From an uncultured Prevotella sp. (GTDB lineage Bacteria > Bacteroidota > Bacteroidia > Bacteroidales > Bacteroidaceae): 64,000 bases of DNA. A model generated the notes under the pieces. The model made no database searches, was not told the origin of the DNA, and saw only the letters and a program-made list of their open reading frames with translations. This document shows, piece after piece, positions 58,048-64,000 of this stretch. Numbering within the stretch: the stretch's first letter is position 1; the number at the start of each line of letters is the position of its first letter. The position numbers and the translations under genes were made by a program. The DNA lies in contig UQZX01000001.1 of the NCBI GenBank assembly GCA_900545525.1, positions 38,218-102,217 on the forward strand, written 5' to 3'.

Positions 58048-58240
58048 GAGTTAAGAATTAAGAATTAAGAAAAAATGCCTTGGGGAATTAAGAATTAGGA
58101 ATTAAGAAACGAAGTTCAGCGTTAAGCCAATTAAGAAAAAATGTTTTGCGGCAAGAATTAGAAAGAATAAGAATTACAAAAGTATTTTTCTTAATTCTTA
58201 ACTCTTAATTCTTAATTTCCCTGCTCTTAATTCTTAATTT
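58041..58240. repeat. Convergent heptamer tracts (AATTAAG)n ... (CTTAATT)n
   Basis: Many aattaag units at 58041-58177 and reverse units at 58190-58240. Confidence 0.9.
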
Positions 58241-58349
58241 CCAAGGGGGCACCTCTTGAAAAGTTACAGTTCGTAAGCAGAACGCCGCTTTGAGTGCATC
58301 CGCGGTATTGCCGCGCAAAAAAACAAAAGTCAAACTATATTTATGAAAT

Positions 58350-59372
58350 ATGAAAACAATATCAAAACAAGTTAAATCTTTCTTGTGTGGAACGTTAAAG
58401 GGCGGTCTCGGCATCCTTATGTTGCTGTCGGCAGTTAGCGCACCGGCACAGGAGAAGACCATTAGCAACCGTTACGGAATGAAAATGAAGCAGGAGGCAG
58501 ACGGCTCATACTCGCTGCTCTATGCCAAGAAATACGCACGCTTTATCGACGTCAACACCATTCCTGATGTCTTTGTGCCCTACACCCACGTCAACAACCG
58601 CCTTACAAGCAAGGATTATAAGGGAGTGCGCACGCAGGACATAGTGTTCAAAACCAATAAGGATTACAGCCTCACGCTGACCGTGGACTATGCCGAGATC
58701 GACAAGCCGACACCTTTCATGATGTATGTGCATGGCGGCGGATGGGCAAGAGGCAACAACGGCTCGTCGCGTTCGCTGTCGCAGTATTTGGCAAAGCAGA
58801 AGGGCATCACCGGCATACGCGTGTCTTACACCCTCGCGCCGCAACCAGGAGCCAACGTAAACGTGTCGATTGAAGACATAAAGGACGCCCTGAAATATGT
58901 GCGCGAGCATGCAAAGGAACTCAATGTCAACCCCGATGTATACGGATTTCTCGGCACATCGGCAGGTGCGCACTTGGCAGCTGTCGGCGCCATGACAAGC
59001 AATGCAAAACTGTTTGTGGGCTATTCGGGCATCTACGACCTTGAGACGGCGGCAATAACGATGAAGAGCAAAGACCCGCAACGCATAGCCTATTTCTGCG
59101 ACAGGGATGCAACGGTGCTGCGTCATGCCTCGCCCGTCAACCTCATTCCCAAGAAGGACGTGCCCGCCACGATGCTCGTCTGCGGCACATGCGACGTTAC
59201 CGTGGAGTGCAGTCAGAGCGAAGAGTTCGCCCGGAGGTTGAAGAAGAGAGGCGGAGTGTGCGACCTTCTTGTCTACAAGCATTATGACCATAACCTCAGT
59301 TCGAAGACTTCCGACAAGATGGAGGAGATATTCTTCAAGACCGTCGACTTCGTTACGAAATATTTGAAATAA
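58350..59372 (+). CDS. Secreted alpha/beta-hydrolase (HSL-type carbohydrate esterase)
   Basis: Signal peptide, HGGGW oxyanion motif, GTSAG nucleophile, GT.D and DH. Confidence 0.85.
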   Translation: MKTISKQVKSFLCGTLKGGLGILMLLSAVSAPAQEKTISNRYGMKMKQEADGSYSLLYAKKYARFIDVNTIPDVFVPYTHVNNRLTSKDYKGVRTQDIVFKTNKDYSLTLTVDYAEIDKPTPFMMYVHGGGWARGNNGSSRSLSQYLAKQKGITGIRVSYTLAPQPGANVNVSIEDIKDALKYVREHAKELNVNPDVYGFLGTSAGAHLAAVGAMTSNAKLFVGYSGIYDLETAAITMKSKDPQRIAYFCDRDATVLRHASPVNLIPKKDVPATMLVCGTCDVTVECSQSEEFARRLKKRGGVCDLLVYKHYDHNLSSKTSDKMEEIFFKTVDFVTKYLK

Positions 59373-59381
59373 CCTGTTATC

Positions 59382-60377
59382 ATGCGACATCTGCTCCTTT
59401 TCATCGTCATGTCGGCGGCATTGGTTGCCCGGGCGCAGCAAACGGCAGGCTTCCTCGTGGCGGACGGCAACTCGGCAGACACCTACTCGCTTATCCGAGC
59501 GTGCGGATATGAAGAGGAAGTGCCCGACAACTCGCGCGACCATGCGTCGGCTCCGTTCCAGCATATCACCCAACAGCATGATGCCATACTGGGCAAACCG
59601 GTGTTCGTTTTCCATATCCATGCGGCGATAGACGACGACCGCGGACTGGCAAACGTCAACGACCGCCAGCGCAACGAGATAAAGACGGGACCGAAGTCGC
59701 CGGCATCTCTCATCGCGCAGGAAGGCGAGACGCTCACTATGAAGTGGAAATTCAAGCTTCCGGCTGGCATGAAGACAACCTCCAAATTCACGCATATACA
59801 CCAGCTGAAGGGTATTGACAACAAGCAAGGAACGGCAGATGTGGGGCATCCTCTCATGACCCTTACGTGCTATACGAGCGGCAACAGGCAGGTGTTGCGC
59901 CTGAGATATGAGGACAGGACGGCACGCAATGGCGCCGACCAGCATGTGTCTACGCTGAAGGAAGCCGACCTTTCGCCCTTCCTCGGAGAATGGGTTGAGG
60001 CGGAAGAGGTGGCACGCTTCGGTGCCAACGGCACATACCGCATAGTCATCCGCCGGATAAGCGATGGCAAAGAGCTCTTCAGCTACTCAAACGCTAACCT
60101 CGACATGTGGCGCACATCATCGGCAGGACTGCGCCCAAAGTGGGGCATCTACCGCTTCATAGGCGAGGACAGGGCATGGCAGAACCAGTTGCGTGACGAA
60201 CAGTTGCTATTTGCCGACTTCTCCATAGTCAAGGGCGAGGCATCGGGCTTGCCTTGGATTGAGACCGGACAGGATACCGGAAGGACACCGGTAACATGGA
60301 ACTTGGACGGCAGCCGCAGGCTTGCCGACATTCCGGGCATATACATCAAGAGCGGAAAGAAATACTTGAAAAAATAA
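59382..60377 (+). CDS. Putative beta-jelly-roll polysaccharide lyase-like protein with C-terminal sorting-type tail
   Basis: RQRNEIK, HIHQLKG, RPKWGIYR; tail GIYIKSGKKYLKK. Confidence 0.6.
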   Translation: MRHLLLFIVMSAALVARAQQTAGFLVADGNSADTYSLIRACGYEEEVPDNSRDHASAPFQHITQQHDAILGKPVFVFHIHAAIDDDRGLANVNDRQRNEIKTGPKSPASLIAQEGETLTMKWKFKLPAGMKTTSKFTHIHQLKGIDNKQGTADVGHPLMTLTCYTSGNRQVLRLRYEDRTARNGADQHVSTLKEADLSPFLGEWVEAEEVARFGANGTYRIVIRRISDGKELFSYSNANLDMWRTSSAGLRPKWGIYRFIGEDRAWQNQLRDEQLLFADFSIVKGEASGLPWIETGQDTGRTPVTWNLDGSRRLADIPGIYIKSGKKYLKK

Positions 60378-60390
60378 GAAAGGAACCAAT

Positions 60391-61251
60391 ATGACGAATA
60401 TATTTAGATTTTTGACGGCAGGCATGTTGACGGTGGCATGTTGCCAGACCGCCTTCGGGCAGGACGGACGACTCATTGCCGACGGCAACAGCGATGCTAC
60501 TTACAGGCTGATACGTGCTTCCGGATATAATCATGAGGCTCCCGACTCATCCCGAAGCCATGCTTCAAAGCATTTCCAACACATCACCCAGACCATGGAC
60601 AAGGAGCTTGGCAAGCCTGTCTTCGTGTTCCACATCCACGCTAACATCGATGATGACCGCGGCAAGGCAGACATCACCGACCGCCAGCGCAATGAGATAA
60701 AGACCGACGGGAAGTCTCCGCGTAACATGGTGGGACAGGAGGGAGAGACCCTTACGATGCGTTGGAAGTTCAAACTACCCAAAGGCTTCACGACAACCAA
60801 GAAGTTTTCGCATATCCATCAGTTGAAAGGCATCGACAACAAGCAAGGAACGGCGGCAGTGGGAGCACCCCTCATCACCCTGACATGCTACTCTAAAGGC
60901 AACAAAGGCATGCAGGTCTTGCGTCTGAGGTATGACAACCGCAACGCCGACGGTTCCGTAACGCTTGCCGAGACCGACCTCGCGCCGCTGCTCGGACAAT
61001 GGGTTGAGGTGGAAGAGACGGCTACTTTCGGCGAGAAAGGCAGCTATTCGGTAGTCATAAGGAAAGTGAAAGGCGGCGAAGAACTGTTCAGCTACCGTAA
61101 CGATAACCTTGATATGTGGCGCACGGGGTGCACCGGCATACGCCCGAAGTGGGGCATCTACCGCTATCTTGGCAACAACCGCGAGTGGGCTTCGCAGCTT
61201 CGCGACGAGCAGTTGCTCTTCGCCGATTTCTCGATTGAGAAGAAACAATAA
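60391..61251 (+). CDS. Putative beta-jelly-roll polysaccharide lyase-like protein (tandem paralog, no tail)
   Basis: Same motifs as 59382-60377. Confidence 0.6.
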   Translation: MTNIFRFLTAGMLTVACCQTAFGQDGRLIADGNSDATYRLIRASGYNHEAPDSSRSHASKHFQHITQTMDKELGKPVFVFHIHANIDDDRGKADITDRQRNEIKTDGKSPRNMVGQEGETLTMRWKFKLPKGFTTTKKFSHIHQLKGIDNKQGTAAVGAPLITLTCYSKGNKGMQVLRLRYDNRNADGSVTLAETDLAPLLGQWVEVEETATFGEKGSYSVVIRKVKGGEELFSYRNDNLDMWRTGCTGIRPKWGIYRYLGNNREWASQLRDEQLLFADFSIEKKQ

Positions 61252-61286
61252 CAAAAGGAACAATTATTTACAAAACTAAAGACAAT

Positions 61287-62513
61287 ATGAAAAAGTTATT
61301 TACATTAGCAGCCGTGGCGCTTGCTACAATCAGTGCCAACGCGCAAGAAAAGAGTTGGACGTTCGAAAACTGGGCAACAGCAGCGTCGGTTACCTCCAAT
61401 GTAACCGTTGACGGTCTGACTTTACACGCCACATCTTCGGCTGCAGCCGCAGTGGAAGAGAAGAAAAAGTCGGCTGAAATCAATGGAGAGAAAGTGAATT
61501 ATACCAAGTGCATAAACCTGAAAGGCACCGGATCAACCTCTGGCAGACATATAAGTTTCCCCGTGGAAGGTCCTTGTGAGATAACCGTTGTCTGCTATCA
61601 TGGCTCTTCAAGTGTTACATACAAGCGTTGTGTTAACGTCAGTTACGGTGCCGCTTACGATGCAGCCAGCCTGCATAGCATTGTCGTACCCACCGGCGGA
61701 GCTGCTTCAGCATCAACCGTAAGGTATGAACTTGACAAGCCGAACACGATATATCTGGGTAGCGGAAACAGCGGTGTAGGCATCTGTGGCATATACGTTA
61801 AGCCCATAACTCCTGCCGAACCGCAGCCTGCAACGCAGTCTAAGGCATGGGATTTCACTGCTGAACTCAGTGCAAACGACATCGCTAACCTTGACGCTGA
61901 CGCTGCAAACTGGACAAAGACGGAAGGCGATTATCTGAGATATTCTTATTCTCCGGCATTTACGGCGGATGAAGCTGTTGACAATTTGTACGGCATAATG
62001 CTTACTGCCAACGGTAAAGAGGTAGAGAAAACCCAAGGTCTGCGCTTCGGACGGTACAACGGTAAGTTGGATAAAGACCGTTTCCGTTTGGATAACGGCA
62101 AGCGTCTGAACATCAACGGACAGTATGTTGGCTTCATAATTCCTGACCTGAAACGCAATGACGTTGTAAAGGTGCGCTTCTCAACAGCCACGGATGGAGA
62201 CTCGCGCGACATCGTCTTGACAAACGCAACGACTGAAGACAACTGTGTCTCTTCAAGTACTGAAACACCGAAAGAAATCACTTGCAAGGTTCTTAGCGAC
62301 GGTTATGTAGGCTTCCGGGCAGGAACCAACGGACTGAACTATTACGCAGTTTCCGTAAATGCAGACCTTCCAATCACTGACGGCATATCTGAAATTAAGG
62401 TTACAGATAAGACAACAGACGGCAAGATATACAATCTCAGCGGAATGGAAGTGAAAAATCCGGCAGCGGGTATTTATATCAAGGACGGCAGGAAGTTCGT
62501 TGTAAAGAAATAA
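61287..62513 (+). CDS. Secreted protein with two beta-sandwich-like modules and a T9SS-type C-terminal domain
   Basis: Signal peptide; KSWTF/KAWDF module starts; Pro-rich linker; IYNLSG...GIYIKDGRKFVVK. Confidence 0.7.
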   Translation: MKKLFTLAAVALATISANAQEKSWTFENWATAASVTSNVTVDGLTLHATSSAAAAVEEKKKSAEINGEKVNYTKCINLKGTGSTSGRHISFPVEGPCEITVVCYHGSSSVTYKRCVNVSYGAAYDAASLHSIVVPTGGAASASTVRYELDKPNTIYLGSGNSGVGICGIYVKPITPAEPQPATQSKAWDFTAELSANDIANLDADAANWTKTEGDYLRYSYSPAFTADEAVDNLYGIMLTANGKEVEKTQGLRFGRYNGKLDKDRFRLDNGKRLNINGQYVGFIIPDLKRNDVVKVRFSTATDGDSRDIVLTNATTEDNCVSSSTETPKEITCKVLSDGYVGFRAGTNGLNYYAVSVNADLPITDGISEIKVTDKTTDGKIYNLSGMEVKNPAAGIYIKDGRKFVVKK

Positions 62514-62544
62514 TCGCTTGATAACAATTTGTCTGGATATGATG

Positions 62545-62604
62545 AAAGAGGATGATACAAAGTCTGCTTCAAAGTGTGAAATACAACTTTTATCATCCTC
62601 TTTT
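62545..62604 (+). terminator. Hairpin at the end of the PUL
   Basis: aaagaggatgata / tatcatcctcttt arms. Confidence 0.55.
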
Positions 62605-62866
62605 ATTTGAAATGCACAAATAAAACATGGAAAATTATTAATAAGTAAGTCGTATAAATTAGTTTTATCTGTGCCCATTAAATTTAGAAAGAAACTTCCT
62701 CCTGTAAGTTTCAATATATAACCGGTTCACAGAAATGTATGTTTTTTGATACCTAAACAGTAGGTAACGAATACCTTATTATGTGCGGCGTCATGGGGCG
62801 GATTATAAATTGTAAGCATGTTTATTGATAATGTGAGATGATGGATGTTTACTCGTTCCATAACGG

Positions 62867-63030
62867 ATACTTCCTTACTCTGTAATTAATGCTTCCTTAC
62901 TCAATATTTAATACTTCCTTATTCTGTATTTAATATCTCCTTGCATTGTAATTAATGCCTTTTTACTATGCAATTAATACTTCCTTACCATTTAATTAAT
63001 ATCTGTTTGGCAAGTAAGAAAGCATTAATT
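62867..63030. repeat. Six AT-rich 22-bp tandem repeats plus one inverted partial copy
   Basis: Consensus ATACTTCCTTACTCTGTAATTA at 62867-62998; inverted copy at 63012-63030. Confidence 0.85.
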
Positions 63031-63055
63031 GTTGCTGGTTGACAGGTGCGAATGT

Positions 63056-63107
63056 AAAAAATAGCGGCATGTCATAACATGAGAGATGTTATGACATGCC
63101 GCTAAAA
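63056..63107 (-). terminator. Terminator for the NhaD-like gene
   Basis: 19-bp perfect arms tagcggcatgtcataacat / atgttatgacatgccgcta flanked by A runs. Confidence 0.8.
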
Positions 63108-63167
63108 TATGTTTTTTGTACAAATTACCGTGCCAATGTCTGCCGTAGAAGACAGAATACGGCGTGT

Positions 63168-64000
63168 TTATAGTCCGATAACACTTTTTTCAACCCAGTA
63201 GATGATGATGCCGGCAAGGTATCCAACGAAGGCAATCCATGTGATTTTCTTCATGTACCAGCCGAAAGATATCTTTTCCAGACCCATTACAACCACGCCT
63301 GCGGCACTTCCTACGATAAGCATGGAGCCGCCCACACCGGCACAATAGGCAAGAAGCTGCCAGAAAATACCGTCCACTGCCATGTCGCCGACCTCTGCAA
63401 CGGGATACATTCCCATACATCCGGCAACGAGGGGCACGTTGTCAACGATGCTTGACAATACTCCGATAATGCCCGTTACAAGGTAGTGGTTGCCGTTGAA
63501 TACGATGTTCAGTCCCTCGCCGAGTGCCTCAAGAACGCCGATTGTCTCAAGACAGGCAACAGCCATGAGTATTCCGAGGAAGAAAAGTATGGTGCTCATG
63601 TCTATGCGCGACAACATTCTTGTTACACGCTTCTGCATGCCGTTCTTGTCGTTGCCCTCTTCAAGGTGATAATAGAATATTTCGGTTACGGTCCATAATA
63701 TGCCCAGCACGAGCAGTATGCCGACGAAAGGAGGAAGATGTGTTATCGATTTGAATATTGGGACGAATATAAGACCGCCGACTCCAAGGAAGAATATTGT
63801 CTTGCGCTGCCTTGCCGTCAGTGCCTCTGCCTCTGTAATGCTTGTCTTTTCGGCAACGTTCGCAAGCTCTCCCTTTAGAGAATGTGAGAGGATGTATGCA
63901 GGGATGACCATTGATACCAGCGACGGAATGAATATTTCCATGATTACGCCTGCCGCCGTTATCAGTCCCTTGTTCCACAGCATTATGGTCGTTACGTCTC
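63168..64000 (-). CDS. NhaD-family Na+/H+ antiporter (5'-truncated by window edge)
   Basis: DVTTIMLW, FFLGILMAV, SSIVDNVPLVA, GGSMLIVGSAAGVVVMG. Confidence 0.88.
   Translation of the reverse strand, partial: DVTTIMLWNKGLITAAGVIMEIFIPSLVSMVIPAYILSHSLKGELANVAEKTSITEAEALTARQRKTIFFLGVGGLIFVPIFKSITHLPPFVGILLVLGILWTVTEIFYYHLEEGNDKNGMQKRVTRMLSRIDMSTILFFLGILMAVACLETIGVLEALGEGLNIVFNGNHYLVTGIIGVLSSIVDNVPLVAGCMGMYPVAEVGDMAVDGIFWQLLAYCAGVGGSMLIVGSAAGVVVMGLEKISFGWYMKKITWIAFVGYLAGIIIYWVEKSVIGL

Overview
Chromosomal segment of a Bacteroidales bacterium, probably Prevotella-like (inferred from TAnnTTTG promoters, susC/susD, tamB-tamL and intergenic repeat types). It has four parts. (1) Housekeeping genes: nadB, a DMT transporter, MscS, a CDF transporter, tRNA-fMet, TetR-fabG-RluA, tamB-tamL-murF, a BI-1/YccA gene and a partial NhaD. 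(2) AT-rich accessory cassette A (about 4.4-12.9 kb, + strand): structured 5' leader, stand-alone C39-like peptidase, acidic protein with a Cys/His-rich tail, a 454-aa unknown, two dynamin-like GTPases, a membrane-anchored protein, YkvA and a Sel1-like protein. (3) Oppositely oriented cassette B (about 31.5 to 28.2 kb, - strand). It has a leader of the same architecture, different cargo that again includes the Cys/His motif, and a close paralog of the same Sel1-like gene. (4) A roughly 30 kb uronan utilisation locus (32.2-62.6 kb): FadR and LuxR-type sensor regulators, KduD, PL38-GH88 fusion, GH2, SusC/SusD/SGBP, PL6, PL17, KdgF, MFS, DEH-reductase-like SDR, PL38, esterase, two tandem atypical jelly-roll lyase-like proteins and a non-catalytic secreted protein. 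Intergenic DNA carries several repeat families (heptamer tracts, 22-bp arrays, long perfect inverted repeats). The best novelty candidate is the paired leader/variable cargo/Sel1 cassette architecture together with the C39 peptidase-precursor-dynamin operon. All family calls come from motif recognition by eye; no database searches were run.
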